Part shown: positions 27,787-42,427 of the stretch, piece after piece
Numbering within the stretch: position 1 is the first letter of the stretch
Layout: each line of letters begins with the position of its first letter
From: Eledone cirrhosa
Taxonomy: Eukaryota
Direction of reading: 5' to 3'
Length of the DNA: 64,000 bases
Assembly (NCBI GenBank): GCA_964016885.1
Contig: OZ024741.1
Coordinates: 377,642,001 to 377,706,000, forward strand
Notes under the pieces: generated by a model
What the model was told of the DNA's origin: nothing
Database searches by the model: none
Seen by the model: only the letters and a program-made list of their open reading frames with translations
Position numbers and translations under genes: made by a program

Positions 27787-28277
27787 TATGTATGTATACG
27801 TACATACATATATGTATACAGACGTACACTAGCATGTATATATATATATATATATATATACATACAGGCACACATATATATATGCACGTATCAGTTTACC
27901 GAACATTTATTATAATGTTCGCTTTGTTCGTTTGTAAACAAACGGACAACCTGATTTACGCCGTACAGTGTTCAGGCAACCACGTCATCTTTTTGTTCAA
28001 CACTGACACAGGAACGATGTACTAGTTTCAAGCTTGTTAGCTATCGTCAGCACCTTATACCTTTCTGCCAGATGGTTGAACGTTCGAAAGTATATACTTT
28101 CCTTATGAAAATTAACGGCTGAGCAGCCTAATTTGCATATCGAGTGAGTTCAGTCGGCTAGGCGCACCGAAAACGATAAACGGAATAGAATATATGTATT
28201 TACGTATACATACATACTTACATTTAAGTAAGTGCCGTACTAAGAGTGAGAAATGAAATTTCGTTTAATTCTATTCC

Positions 28278-28282
<5 letters not shown>
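27786..28282 (-). mobile_element. Second copy of the ORF-free ACTAGT-HHR repeat (HHR 28015-28055)
   Basis: Highly similar to 20035-20540, with a short inverted segment at 28190-28282. Confidence 0.85.
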
Positions 28283-28333
<51 letters not shown>

Positions 28334-28543
28334 GTTTATTTAAATAAACATCTGTTAACGGTTTGTTCTTTATATACCTCTCCATGTGTATCCGATGTAC
28401 TTATATTCTAGCCCACTAGATATTAACTCTTCTAATATTTAACGCTGTAGGCACAAGTATTGGGCACTTTTTTGCATATGCTATTGGCAAATAACTACAT
28501 GTATCTCTTCTGCTCTCTCTCGATACTTAAATACTCTCTCTCC

Positions 28544-28594
<51 letters not shown>

Positions 28595-29149
28595 TATTTA
28601 TTCGATAAATAGCTTTTGCTGTACACACTAACATATTCCCAAGTAGTTAATCATCTATATACTGTCGCTAAGACAATCTAACATATATCAAACGTCTGTA
28701 AAATTGTCATAGCAGTTTATTTATTCTCAAATGTTAATATATTAACAATATAAAATGTGAATTTATTGAATTTGTTAAATAAAAATTGATGAATGGGTTC
28801 ATGATTTCGTTTTATTTTTGTATTATGTTGTCATAAACCAATTGTTTTAAGAATTTCATAAATATATTTTAATCTTTTTTTAAATACATTCCCGCGTGAA
28901 ATGCTGAAGAAAGGTAATATTGTTAAAATGGTGATGCTAGTTCAGATGAAGAAAATAGCAATGGTAGCATTGATCATGTTTTTGAATTTTAGAATTAATA
29001 TTACTATGATGACGTGGATGATAAGTATGCTAAGGAATGATGATGGTAAACAAAATAATGGCTTGGAGTTTCCTATATTCAGAGGATCAATGCATTCCTT
29101 TATATCGGTGCTAAATACAATTGATGTACACTCGGACGTGAGAGGAGGC

Positions 29150-31500
29150 AAAATGCCGAGTGGTACATTTTTCCATTTATAGACAATGAATCGATGTGCT
29201 GGGTTTTGGAGGCGATCTTGTAGTGGTCGTAGCAGGCTTCGCTCAGTGTTCCTCCAGTTTTATGACACATGGTCAACCATCCGCTTCGAACCGCAGCAAG
29301 AGTTTCCAAGCAGGTCGGAAGAATGTTGCATTTCCACAGGAAGGAAGCAATTTGATCTTTGTTTCTCTTTCTCAACACTCCAATAGATAATTGAACTCGT
29401 TCAGTGTGCCGTTGAGGTCAATATGGATAGGTAGAAGGGGAGTATACAGAGGAGATGCCCATTCTAGCGAATACACTTGACAATAACTGATTCGACGCTG
29501 AAGGAGGTACAGCATTCCAATATGGTTCGATGTGAAACCCTGTCTTTGCATGAGACACAAAGAATGCGCTGTAGACACTTGTAAAATAATCTTCACGCTT
29601 CCGCACCATTTAGAGGAATGGATTCATTATATTATGGCTTAATACACAATGAGCTTTATGAGAATGGTCAGGTTCCTGTTGGAGAAATTACTAGTCCGCA
29701 ATCGAACAAAAAACACACATGCCTTTTCTATTCGACATTGGACGTCCTGATTAATAGAGGATGTGTAAGACAGCCCTGAATTAGATGAATCCGGATACAA
29801 TTGTGCGAGTGTCACCACAGATTCCCAAAGAGGGATGGATACCAGGTCTGTATATTACTTCTATTTTATTGGTGTTACCCTCCAGTCCGAGTCGTTGATA
29901 TGCGCTTAGTGTCACATTCAGAATATACTGAACCGATTCTTGATCGTTATTTAGCCGACTGCAGTCTTCGGCTTACTGGAGATCAAAGATCATGGCAGTT
30001 TTAGACTACGATTGGGATTTGATTCGTCGGAGATTGATAGCACTACCGTCCAGAGGGTAGATGATCGTGGTTCGATTGTCAGGATCGAGTTCACCTCGAA
30101 CAAGGAAAGAAGTAATGGCCTTGCATCAGAGGTTGAATAGAATGGAAGCAAGTACGCAGTCTTGCTTCAAGCTGATGACAATATAACTGGTTTTGATCAT
30201 CGGCCACCAATAAGCACAAGAGCCATCATGTCTTCATTAAGTTGTTGAATGAATTGCAACCTCAGTGACCAACCAGATCGTTACACTAGTCTCCAGAATA
30301 GCACGCGATTTACAGAGTGCAATGCGTTTGAAAGATCGAGCAAAATTAAGCAGAGATCATGATGCCCTTCTACTGAATTTGGCCTGCAACAAAGACAAAG
30401 TGTGTGGTACCAAGACAACTGCGAAAACCACACTCTCACTCGGAGTAAACTTGCATGGTGAGAAGGGGGGTTACCAATCTGGAGGATATAATACGAGCTA
30501 TAATTTTCCCAGATACGGCTAAAAGGGAAAATCCATTAACTATCTCCGGATAGGTTCACTGTTTTTTCTTGTATAAGTACATGATTTTTGCATTATTCCA
30601 ATCCTGAGCTGTCCGAGTTAGCCTTGAATAGTGTATGAAAATGTTTGTGCAGTGCCATGCCATCAGATTTGAATATTTCATGAGGGATGCCGTCTGACCC
30701 AGGTGATTATTGTGTAGTGATGTGATCGGATCGCCAAAGAAACTATTTCAAATGAAATCGGAGGATCTAGTTCCTCGACGATGGATAGACTGCGAAATTT
30801 TCTGAAAGAAGCTGGATGAACCCCACGGTGGTAGATGAAATGTTTTGTTCATCAAGAGAGAATTTGGTCAGAATCTTTCAGAGGAGCTTTTCCGTTCATA
30901 CTGTGTAAACGTACGTTATACTTGGATGAGGGGCCAGAGATCACTTTGATGCTTCATAGAAGTGACTATCATTCGTGTCAGAGTAGTGCTGAATCTACTC
31001 ATCTTTCCTGATCTCCCACCTGTCCTCCATTTTTCGCAAAAGGAGTTGTGCGTTAGGGCGAAATATACACCACTCATGACTATGATGTGAGGACGAGGAA
31101 GTTTCTAGAAACACATTGGGTATCTTGTTCTTCATTGCAATAAGATCATGAACTTCTATTTGGTTGCCATGAAACCAGCCTTGATGACGGCACTTGCTCA
31201 GACCAAGTATATCCATAACAGCAGCAAGTAGTGGATTGTGAAAAGAGAGACATGCTTCTACAATGATCATGTCATTGGACTCTCGTCTCTTTTTCACTTG
31301 TTTAAGACTAGGTTGTGTGCGTATCTGAAGATGGAGTCAAGACCGATTGGGGCAGTCTTCGGTCTACCATCCTGCTATATTCATTACTCTCATATGAAGG
31401 CTATTTTGTCACACTGCCGATCCATGATGTGGCCCAAGAGATGCCAAGATCTACTTCCAGCGTTTTCCCATTATGCTTACATCCACACGATGTCTTGAAT
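29150..31500 (-). mobile_element. RTE-clade LINE, degraded (EN-RT linker, RT, C-terminus)
   Basis: Minus-strand CRHQGWF, DGIPHEIFK, LYKKK, RT motifs, KCNILPTCLETLAAVRSGW; many stops. Confidence 0.8.
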
Positions 31501-34500
31501 ATCAAGGAGTTTATTTTGTTGAGATATTTAAATAACATAGTCTTTATGTAAATGTTATGTTTCAATATTTATTTTCTGAATTATTTGTTAAGATGTTAAT
31601 TTCAAGACACTTAATTGAAACTCATAGTGGATATTCATTCAATATTGATTTAATAGAGTTTAATTATTTGTACAGTCAGAACAAAACCATTTTCACTCAT
31701 AATCATTCAGACATATGCTATCACATATATGCCTCCACACATATTCTTCTACAAAATGAACATGTACGCAAGCGCATATGCGTATTCATTTGCGTATGTC
31801 ATTCTCAAAATATCAAATGTAACTTCATGTTTAGAAATGACGACTTTTAATATTTAATTCCGTCCGTTTCAATTACAATCTAATATGTTGGTCAATGTAA
31901 GCATTGACATTTGGTTCATAATCAGAAATTATGAGATCAGAAAAATGTAATATGTTTCCGTGTAGAAATTACATGTATCCTACCCGTAGAAAGTACATGT
32001 TCATTAACTCTTTTAATATAACTCATGTAATGATTATACTCTGCCACCAGGTATTACATTCATTAAATAAAAGAAAGTACAGAAGAAAGAAAAAAGTTCA
32101 CAGTGGCGTTAATCGAAAATTAGACAAATATATATTGCATATGTTTCTGCCATATATTATTAAACATACAGACGTGGCACCTACTTTAGTCGATAATGCA
32201 TACAGAATAGTTATTTTACCACTGTACACATGCATAAAACATATATAATGTAAGCAGTTAGACTGGGACGAATGGAGCCAATGAGAACTTGGGATAATTG
32301 TTACAGTATTAAATATATGGATCAGTATTTTACTAAACTAATACATGCATAACGCACTAGTAAAACCTTTCCCTGTTATAAGTATTGCCCTATGACTTTA
32401 TTTCTAGACGTTTCCAGGATACATGCTGCAAACGTCAAATTCTTTTGCTGATCTAATTCATAGATTAATTTATCTGGTTACATAATTATGGATAGTTCAG
32501 TCTCAAGGCTAAATATTACGCTGTAACGAAATTGTTGCTTTGGTCACAACAATATCCAGTGCATCGTTGGTACAAATTAATCACTCATCAACCGGCTGCA
32601 TTAGCTAGCCACTCGAAACAAATCTGTCAAAGTATTCTCAATAATTTATGCTTAAATTTATGTTTCCTCTGATATCCATATCCATACCTAATTATAAATA
32701 TGTGTAGCTGAATAAGGTATTTTCGGGCAATTTTAGTGATGGTGGTTTGTTTCTTGGTCGCAGTTGTCTTTTATTTATTTTCTCGTGTAATCAATAAAGA
32801 AGACAGTTGTTATCGAGTTTAATTTGAAATTTGTCCCAGTCAGTATGAAAATCATAAACTGTAGACGGAACACACAAAACATATATGAAATTAAAAATAT
32901 ATGCCACTGCGTAGGACTTGAAAATTATGGAATGATTGCGCAAAGTGGAACATGGTAGATAGAATTTTGGTTAGAGACGTAATAGAAAAATATCCATAAC
33001 TAATATCAGCAACCTGGAAAAATCAAATAATATATTAAACAGTCACTAATCCCAGATTATAACGGTAGAAAGAAGCATATAAGAGACAGAAAATGAAATG
33101 AAACTTGATGGACAAAAGAAATAAGAGACGCAAATGGAAAACACGAATCGAGTCATATATTACTGAACTGTAGCACATAAGAAATATAAGAAAGAGATGA
33201 TGGAAATCAAAGTCCACCTACAACAATATATTCAGACGAAATCTCTAATCCATCCACTCCAACCTCTAATATAATGTAGATATAGCTAAAACAAAAATCA
33301 ATGCAGTTCCAGTAGGAATAGATGCAGACGCATCTATGGAAGAAGTATGAACAGCAATTGGGACACAAAATATATGAATGTTCAACACAGAAGAGCAGCA
33401 CGAAATCGATTGTTAGAAGCACTACCAAGAGACAAATTAGAGCAGATGTTACATATAGTAAAGAAAGCAAAACATCTAGTAGTAATATCATTTGAAACTT
33501 CTGCATGATATATTTCATATACAAAAATATATTTATAAATGAATTATTTAATATTTTGTTAGATAATATTGAAGTGACACTTGAATGGCTCACCGATGGA
33601 AACAATCATATTACTGAATACTGAAGTGAAATTACATTGCAAACTACAGTATGAATGTCTGAATGTCAATAATATTACAACGGTTAAATGCCCACCTAGA
33701 AATATATCAGAAGATTTAAATTTACATACGGTTGTATATATGTTATGAAATACAAAACGTATAACTGGTTGCGCATGGTGATACTACAATATTTAAACGG
33801 GACGGTATATTCTTTCTGTGCAACTGTGAATGGGAATTACATGATGCCTGTGATAAAACGGAGCTATATTCATACCTGCATCTAGATATATCAAATTGTC
33901 AGGAATGGAAGAACTTAAGTCTGCACTTAACAGGCAGTGAAACACAAATAAAAGTTTTAATATTCATACTAGGATATTTCGCAACAATATTTATAAAACA
34001 GCCATGACCTGTGAATATATTCGTAACGAAGGAAGCAAGTACAGGAAATGATGAGATCATAAGTTGATCAGTTTAGTTAGAGGTTCATGTGGGATGCTAT
34101 ACATAAAATATACTGGAATTATGAAAGTGAATAGGGAGCTATCTTATGATAAAACTTATGTTATACTCAATACATCTGTTTACCTTCAACTATTCAGACG
34201 TTACACAATGAATTCTCATCTTGGGTAAGTTTGAATTGAATAATTTCCGATAACTATAATCCATTGAAATTTTTCATATGTTGATATATATGACTTATGC
34301 GGACAGCTCCATTTATAATTTCGCTTATATGAAAAGGTTCAGGAACCCGACGGCAGAGCTCAAGCCGTTTCGTCGGCTATTTCTGGACTATCTCCCCCCC
34401 CTCTCTCTCTCTCTCTATCTCTCTCTTTATGCGCGGACAATTACGTCGTTATGTAGAGCGAGAATAACCATTTCTTGCAAAAGGAAAACCACATTTGTGT

Positions 34501-34739
34501 TATGAAAAAATGATGAAACTAATATTCTATTTAGAATAACCGAATTATTTCCAGCTTTGGGCTTTGACAATAATGTACATAAAATTATTAAACAAAAATG
34601 ACTGAAGTTGTTAATATTAGTAAAAGTAAATAATGATGAGAACATTAACGTATTGGTATAGGATTCAGGCTCGTGCATAAGTATGTGCTTAGGCGAGGAT
34701 ATGTTATATAAATGTATGTATACTTATACACGTATACAT

Positions 34740-35390
34740 TCATTCTCTGAACTCGGATTATAGGGAAGATAGGACAAAAAGGACAAAACGACAGTTCGCT
34801 TCTGTATGAACACGCCAGACTAAAACATGATGGTAATGTAAACAACAAAGAAATTAAAATAATATCTAAAAATAGAAATGACTAAACCGTTAAACAAATT
34901 AGAGAAGCAACTGAAATAGAATTAAGAACACCTAAGTGGAACAGAAAGGTTGGATGGAAAAACACACAGAAACATACAATTGTGACCTAAGATAAATATA
35001 AATAAATATCCACAGGTACAATAACAACAACCACACATAAACACACACTAGTGACCAAATATAAAATGCGGACACATAGAGACTCAGGCACGACCACACA
35101 ACCAACTGAAAACACGAAGATCAACGCAAGCGGAAACAAAGACTAGAATATATAAAAATAGTATAAGTAAACATTACAATACAACGAGAGGAATCATAAT
35201 AATAACACTGGTGATGTCATAGGTATGTGATAAAAAAAACTTTGATAGAATATATATATATATTTATATCTATATTTTTATCTGTTGTTGAATAAAAATT
35301 AATTGCCAGCTATATTAACTATATGGATATAAAATATACGGAAGTGAGAACCAACCAAAACCAAATGGTGAGTCTATTTTATTATTATTT
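34740..35390 (+). mobile_element. Penelope-like 3' fragment (GIY-YIG C-terminus plus pLTR), family of 3326-3820
   Basis: SSLLYEHARLKH..IKII..IREATEIELRTPKWNRKVGW; decayed HHR remnant ctggtga-tgtcata..gtgat near 35208. Confidence 0.6.
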
Positions 35391-35419
35391 CTAGCAATAT
35401 TGCGCAATTATTCCTAAGA

Positions 35420-35985
35420 GTAAGCACTCCTTCCTATGGTTCCTGTCAGAAGCAATTTTCTCCGAGAGATCCAACTAGATCCCCAAAGTCATGGATGTTA
35501 TCCGAACATCTTGCTCAGGGTCTACCCCTGGGTCTCTTGCAAGTTGATTTTGTTCGTAGAATCTGCCCAGCGACTCTTTCCTGATATATACAATTCACTT
35601 GCCTATCGTATCAGAGCTTCGGTCTCAAAATTCGGAGATATAGCGACTCTATTTGGAGTGACTTTCTGACCTTCCAACTACCTACTCTATCGAGTAACGT
35701 TTCACGTAGGAAGTCCATTTCACTCGCTTGTATTCGCGGGCGCATTCTTTCGATCATTACCTAAGACGCATGACCATATGTAAGGGTTGACACGGATACT
35801 GATTTGAAGACAGCGAGTTTGGCTTTTATACCTACTTTCCTTCTTCTGATTACCGGGTGCTGGAGCTGGCGCTTTAGTGCACCAGCTTCTGTAATTCTTG
35901 TACTAATTCAGCTTCCTGCCTTCCATCACTCGTGAACACGACATCAAATTAGTTGAACGTCTCCACCTACTGCATAACTTATCCA
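35420..35985 (-). mobile_element. RTE-type LINE 3' fragment
   Basis: Minus-strand KAKLAVFKSV..TLTYGH..IQASEMDFLR..RPQGRP. Confidence 0.75.
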
Positions 35986-37959
35986 CATATTAACTATGTA
36001 TTGTGTACACTTGTGAATATTCTTAGATACCTGGGTACCACTTTCACTACCATTACGGGATCCCTTTCTATTCAGATCTACATGGACTACATTTATTTTC
36101 CCAACACTAATTTAATCCATTGTTTCCAATATCGTTTACATAAACATGTAAACATACATTACCACTTGAAATACACAGAGGTTAGTTGGATCATTAAATA
36201 TATATATATAATATCCGCATTTTATTTCCTAATACACCATTACAATATTTTGTAATTACAACAGCACACATGAAGGTTATTTCACATTGTTATATGAGTT
36301 AATTTAATCTGCATGCAAATCAATATTCAACGAAATACTTTCTAGGAAATGAGAAAGCCTTGATTGTTTGAGAAATTTTCATCACAATCTTAGTTTGACA
36401 TCTGCTTTTCTGTAACATTTAATTATATTAAACATATATTTATATATATGGTAATTCAAGTAATTACCATACTACACATATATTCTATAAATATAAAATA
36501 TATTCCATCTATTATAGAACGAATGACATGTTATATTCAACCCATACTCACTTTAAAATAGATAATGCATTCCATTTACAGTGCAGAGATGGGTGAAGTC
36601 TGTCCTGAAATACATGGGTACTGAATAGATATGTACAGTAGCAGCTTGGTTTAATGAACACCGCCAATACTCACAAAGAAAGAAAGTATATCTCTTTTAC
36701 ATGTTATATATATTAAATATACACATATTCTAAAATTAATGTATTTGAAACTAAATAACAATGTTCATCAAATTTCCATGACGTTTAACTTGACATTACT
36801 GGTACCATGTACACACGTTTAACATTCACTACTTCATATTGAAATTTTAGATTTTGTGAGCTAAGTGATGTAGAACATTATGATAGTCTTATGTATTTAT
36901 TTATTCGTGAGATATATACTTCACAATATTATTTCATATGGATCTATATGATGTTCGTCAATAGTCACAACATTCCGGATCAAATACCTTAATCTCATAT
37001 ACATAACTCTAATATGTCTGGAACAAAAATACATAACATTATCATTTATAGTTCCAATAAAATTCTACAACACTAAGATAACGTTAAATAGATGGGTAAT
37101 GACGAAGGCATCCTGGGGATAATGAACAGAAAATATATATAAATAGCGTAACAAAATAAAAAAAAATATAGTATAAATATAAATTGTGTATTGTAACGTT
37201 AAAAACGGAAAGCCAATTACTTTGAAAGCATAACATAATATATGAAAGGGAATTAGAAAATCTGTGAGTGTTAGAAATTGTATTGAACGTTTTATGTGTA
37301 AGAGTTTATTATCTTTTCATTCACTATTTTCTAATGCTTTAATACATGAAATCCTTTTTTTCTGTATAGAATACTTTCCTGATAATATGAATTGTTATAT
37401 GTTTTAATGACTATCCCCTCTAGCAGTAAATTATTCAAGAAAATTTCTCATTAAGAATCTGACATTAGATTAATACAAAGCAAATGAAATAAAGCCTGGA
37501 AATATATTTCCATCATTTATTATTTGTTATAACATCATGTTATTGTCAAAGAGGTTAATTATAATTATGTTTACATTTTTTGATATTTTCTTCTATCTCA
37601 AACTGTCGTTTGTATTTGAAAGATTTATCATGAACCATGTTTATATGCTCATAGAATAAGCTTTCACTAAATATTTTTTCTGGGAATTTTATTTATTTTT
37701 TGAGTTTTCATTTAAAATAATCTAAAATACATCTTCTTATGACAGAATAATTAGTTGTATGTATTTCCCCTCATGCACACACACATACACTGTAGCACAC
37801 ACTAGTAAATAATGAAGATATATATATATGTATATATATATATACACACATACATGTATACAAACATACACGTATACACAAACAATATCTCACTTTCTTT
37901 TATGTATATATATATATATGTATATATAAGTATATATATATATATATATAGAAGGGGTT

Positions 37960-38490
37960 ACACAACAGTTACTTCACCTTACCGAGAACAATTGTTTCAC
38001 CTTAGCGGATCCTCAGCTCGTAATGGGCATGGTTAGAGGGAAGAGGAAGGACAACCTTACGAACGCGCATGCGTAGAAACCGGTCACTTCACACGGGCAA
38101 TACTAAAATGCGCGCGAGAAGTGTAAGGGAGATAACTGCGAAAATCCGAAAAGCTTTTCGTTGATAAGAAAAAATATTGATGTTACAATAATTCATTCAA
38201 TCCGGAGCTTTGTAGTTATGCAATAGGTGTTTCGAGACGTGTGGACAGCGCGTGAAACATTCATTTCTCGTGTTTAGGCAATCACTATTGTATAATCTCT
38301 TTAGAATATTTATTCGTTCTTCATTACACAGTCCACACGACGGATTTCCCCTTGCGTATGGCTTGGATTTAGTGATGGTATTCCATTGAATGGAGTCGTT
38401 TATACTCGAGTCCTTGAGGGACCATACCTGGCTCGCGAGTTTCCATGGACTGAGTGCTCTACCACTACGGATATTAACTTCCAGTGTACT
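37960..38490 (-). mobile_element. Penelope-like 3' fragment with Cys/His-rich C-terminus (possibly Naiad-like) plus pLTR
   Basis: KLASQVWSLK..IQW..KSKPY..CGLCNEE..LNTRNECFTRCPH, followed on the same strand by the HHR at 37983-38020. Confidence 0.75.
37983..38020 (-). ncRNA. Minimal hammerhead ribozyme
   Basis: Reverse complement CGAG-CTGAGGA-tCC(gctaa)GGt-GAA-ACAATTGT-T-CTCG; perfect palindromic helix III. Confidence 0.8.
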
Positions 38491-38492
38491 AC

Positions 38493-38545
<53 letters not shown>

Positions 38546-38767
38546 GCACTCACTGTAAATGAGGTTGGTGTTAGGAAGGGCATCATTCTGTAGAAATCAA
38601 GCCAGAATCTGTTCCCGTCCCACTCTTGTAATCAGGGAAAATGCAGACGTAAAATGAAATGATGATGATGATGGTGGTGATGATGAAATATATGTATACA
38701 CATATATATATATATGAGAGTATTGAAGTTTGCTTGAAGCATTGTGGAATAATAGGTAAATATCTTT

Positions 38768-39222
38768 AAGTCGTTTGGAAGCATCGACAATGCAAATGGG
38801 TAACTCTCCGGGTAATAAGATCCGGTGGTGGAGAGAGAGATGTAAGTGGGTGTACGTTGAGATGCGTGGTGTGTATAAGACGTGTAGAAGAATGAAGGAA
38901 AGAGTATAAAGGATAAAATTAAAATAACAACACGAGAGAGAGAGTTACCTTTCCGACTGACAACCTTTTCTCCACCCCGGAAAAAAAACCCAATTGACGG
39001 ATGTGAATCCGAAATATATAGGGACAATTAAATCTCTCCCAAGGTAACTCTCTCTCGTGTTGTTATTTTTATTTTATCCTTTATACTCTTTCCTTCATTC
39101 CTCTACACGTCTTATACACACCACGCATCTCAACGTACACCCACTTACATCTCTCTCTCCACCACCGGATCTTGTTACCCGGAGAGTTACCCATTTGCAT
39201 TGTCGAGGCTTCCAAACGACTT
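38768..39222. repeat. Fold-back element (~183-bp arms) with an HHR-like motif in the spacer
   Basis: Arms 38768-38951 and 39041-39222; spacer 38989-39023 CCC-aattgac-GGAT(gtga)ATCC-GAA-ATATAT-A-GGG. Confidence 0.88.
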
Positions 39223-39282
39223 CTTAAATATATATATATATATATATACACACAAATATATACGTATATATACGTACATACA

Positions 39283-39326
<44 letters not shown>

Positions 39327-40874
39327 CACAGAGAATGCGATATATCTATATCTGTTATAAAGGCTTGGTGCATGTACATACACCGAAACATCTCTGTATT
39401 TCTTACTTTTTATACGCGTACACATGTAGCTGCAATTGCGTCGTCTGTTCATAAAAGTATGTCGCTCTACCTTTTATATGGCTAATTTATCATTACTTTT
39501 TATTTGTTTAAACTTAAATTACTTACGCGCACCTACACTGGTATTTTAATATCTAATCTTTCAAATTTCTGAAATTAACATTCGCTCAGACACTAAATAT
39601 CTTAATTATATTTTGACATTATAACTAATCTGATGGACTTTCATTTATATTTATTTATCGGTTGATTTATTGCACTTTATAGAGTATATAGCTTATATCA
39701 ACGACTTATCGTTTTGTACGTGTTCATAATACAAGTCTCAAATCAATTTAAAATTCGCGGCTCTATATATGTAACATATGTATTAACACGTCTTGTAAGC
39801 AACAACTACACGAGTATGTAAAATCTGGTTAATTCTGACGATGATTCTAACGTATCAAGAATGCATGGTTGTAGATCTGGTGGTTAAGTATGATTACCAG
39901 TATAAGGAAGTGACCGATATATTTTCGTGAAAATGTTGGTAAATATATGTAATTGTAAGTACTCTGCAAGTGAATTGATATAACTATATTTTCTAAAGTT
40001 TATTTTTGTAAGGATTAGACGGCAACTATTTTTTGACGGACGTTTTACGTTTCTTGCCATGCTTCATAATTGTTCTGCAGGAATGGGTAAACCTTTATTT
40101 CATAGTTGTAAAGCAGGAAGGTTTCCAGTTGATCATTCTGATCTATGTTAGAGATATTTGGCTTACATTTCCATGAGCATTTCTCTTGTCGTTACCTCCA
40201 TGGGACTAAATGAGTGATTATATTTATCTAGTGAGGTTTGAACTTAAAATCTTCTTTCACAACTGTGACTTTATCCAATCGTTATATATTCTCTGTGTGA
40301 CTAAATCAATGTCTATTAAACAGATTTAAAGTACTTCTTCTTGACTTCAGGGCAATAGGCAGAAAAACGAATGCCTTTTTGTATATACCATAAATACGAT
40401 TCTCAAATAAAATAAGAAAAAACGATTTAACTCGAGATTTTATTTGTTGATGGCGAAACAGCTGTAAATAACAGTAACATTATACCTGAAATTAATCATT
40501 ACCATTATATAGAAATAAATAACTCGTTCAAAAATACAATGTATCGAAAACAAATATTGTGTTAAAGGGAGAAATGCATGTAATCATGCTTCTGCTTATT
40601 CAATGCGTACGTGGGATTAGTTAATGAACGGCAATGAATGTTGTTGATAGATTCAAGCATATATATATATTATTTTCCTTTTCAGTTACTCAATAAATTA
40701 GACGTTTCGACACTGACTAAGACTATGATCCAGATTGACAAGATCACATGACTCATTCACTTACCGAGTAGATTTGAACTCGGCAGATCGGACTAAGAGA
40801 ACAATGTTTCCATTGGTCCTTCTAATAGCTAATGCTGTGTATCGGTAACAATTGTAAGCCAACTGTATTAGTTA

Positions 40875-42427
40875 CTAGCAGTAAAGCCCGGCGTTGCTCG
40901 GGGTCGCTCAGTAGCTGTGTTAAAGTTACAATGTTAAGTTTCTTTCTTGGCTTAAAAACTGTAGTGTCTACTGTGCAGACTTGCATGTGGTGTTTTTGAT
41001 TAATATTCCCTCAACCAACAATATGCCTTATGAAGTTAAGAAAACATAACGATAACCCGAATGTTATAACAAAAGAGGATGCTGGGGATAGAAACTGCAC
41101 TGGTTATTTATTAACAAAGATCGAAAATGTAAACACTGCAACGCAGAGAAAAACATTAGCGTAACCAAATTATCAGTTATGTCTGTCTGCACGCCTATAT
41201 CACCTCTCTGCACGACTGTCTGTCTGCACGCCTATATCACCTCTCTGCACGACTATCTGTCTGCACGCGTATATCACCTCTCTGCACGACTGTCTATCTG
41301 CACGACTGTTTGTCTGCACGCCTAACGACGAAATATTTGCTTGTTTTACGTAGTCTTTAAATAGACTTGTTTTCAAGTAAAAATATTGTTTTAAAATGCT
41401 TTTAAATGGAAATGAAGCAAAACGGAAGCTTAGTGTTCGAACTGATGAATTTTGCAGGTCAATATTTTGCTGGCTCGACAACTGTCTGCTCGTGTATTGT
41501 GTTAATGTCATTTTAAACGCTGAGAAAGCCAGCGTAATTTTTTACGTAAGACGCTCAATGTAAACAGAACAAAGGGAAATAACTGATAACTTACGCTCAA
41601 AAATCGATACATTATATTCGATTTCGTCACATAGGGTGGGTCAATTTGAAATTGTTTTTCCGATGTCTTCGCTAGGGCTCATTGTACAAGTATAGCAATT
41701 TCGGTGCAATTCCGTGAGATATTCTAAGAGGAGATGTGTGCCAAAAATCGATAGACAGACAGACAACCACAGTTTTATATATATAGATGTCTGTCTGCAC
41801 GCCTATATCACCTCTCTGCACGACTGTCTGTCTGCACGCCTATATCACCTCTCTGCACGACTGTCTGTCTGCACGCCTATATCACCTCTCTGCACGACTG
41901 TCTGTCTGCACGCCTATATCACCTCTCTGCACGACTATCTGTCTGCACGCGTATATCACCTCTCTGCACGACTGTCTGTCTGCACGACTGTCTGTCTGCA
42001 CGACTGTCTGTCTGCACGCCTAACGACGAAATATTTGCTTGTTTTACGTAGTCTTTAAATAGACTTGTTTTCAAGTAAAAATATTGTTTTAAAATGCTTT
42101 TAAATGGAAATGAAGCAAAACGGAAGCTTCGTGTATTGTGTTAATGTCATTTTAAACGCTGAGAAAGCCAGCGTAATTTTTTACGTAAGACGCTCAATGT
42201 AAACAGAACAAAGGGAAATAACTGATAACTTACGCTCAAAAATCGATACATTATATTCGATTTCGTCACATATGGTGGGTCAATTTGAAATTTTTTTTTC
42301 CGATGTCTTCGCTAGGGCTCAATGTACAAGTATAGCAATTTCGGTGCAATTCCGTGAGAGATTCTATGAGGAGATGTGTGCCAAAAATCGATAGACAGAC
42401 AGACAACCACAGTTTTATATATATAGA
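40875..42427 (-). mobile_element. Non-autonomous Helitron with duplicated 5' part and internal 37-bp minisatellite
   Basis: Minus 5' TC at 42427 (and again at 41787); 3' hairpin cccg-agcaacgc-cggg then CTAG at 40875; A/T insertion context. Confidence 0.75.
41789..42020. repeat. 37-bp minisatellite (ctgtctgtctgcacgcctatatcacctctctgcacga)n; shorter array at 41180-41322
   Basis: About 5 units plus 16-bp sub-units, visible directly. Confidence 0.92.

Noticed and set aside
32830-33420. Possible old LINE fragment, and ORF 33207-33605
   Set aside because: Purine-rich and coding-like, but no diagnostic motif was recognised.
34340-34385. Possible hammerhead on the - strand (GAAACGGC..GCCGTC)
   Set aside because: Helix III and GUC are present but no correctly placed CUGANGA or UUGANAA core was found.
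41714-42058. Repetitive Cys/His-rich ORFs or a CRISPR-like array
   Set aside because: Head-to-tail 37-bp minisatellite without unique spacers, inside a Helitron in eukaryotic DNA.
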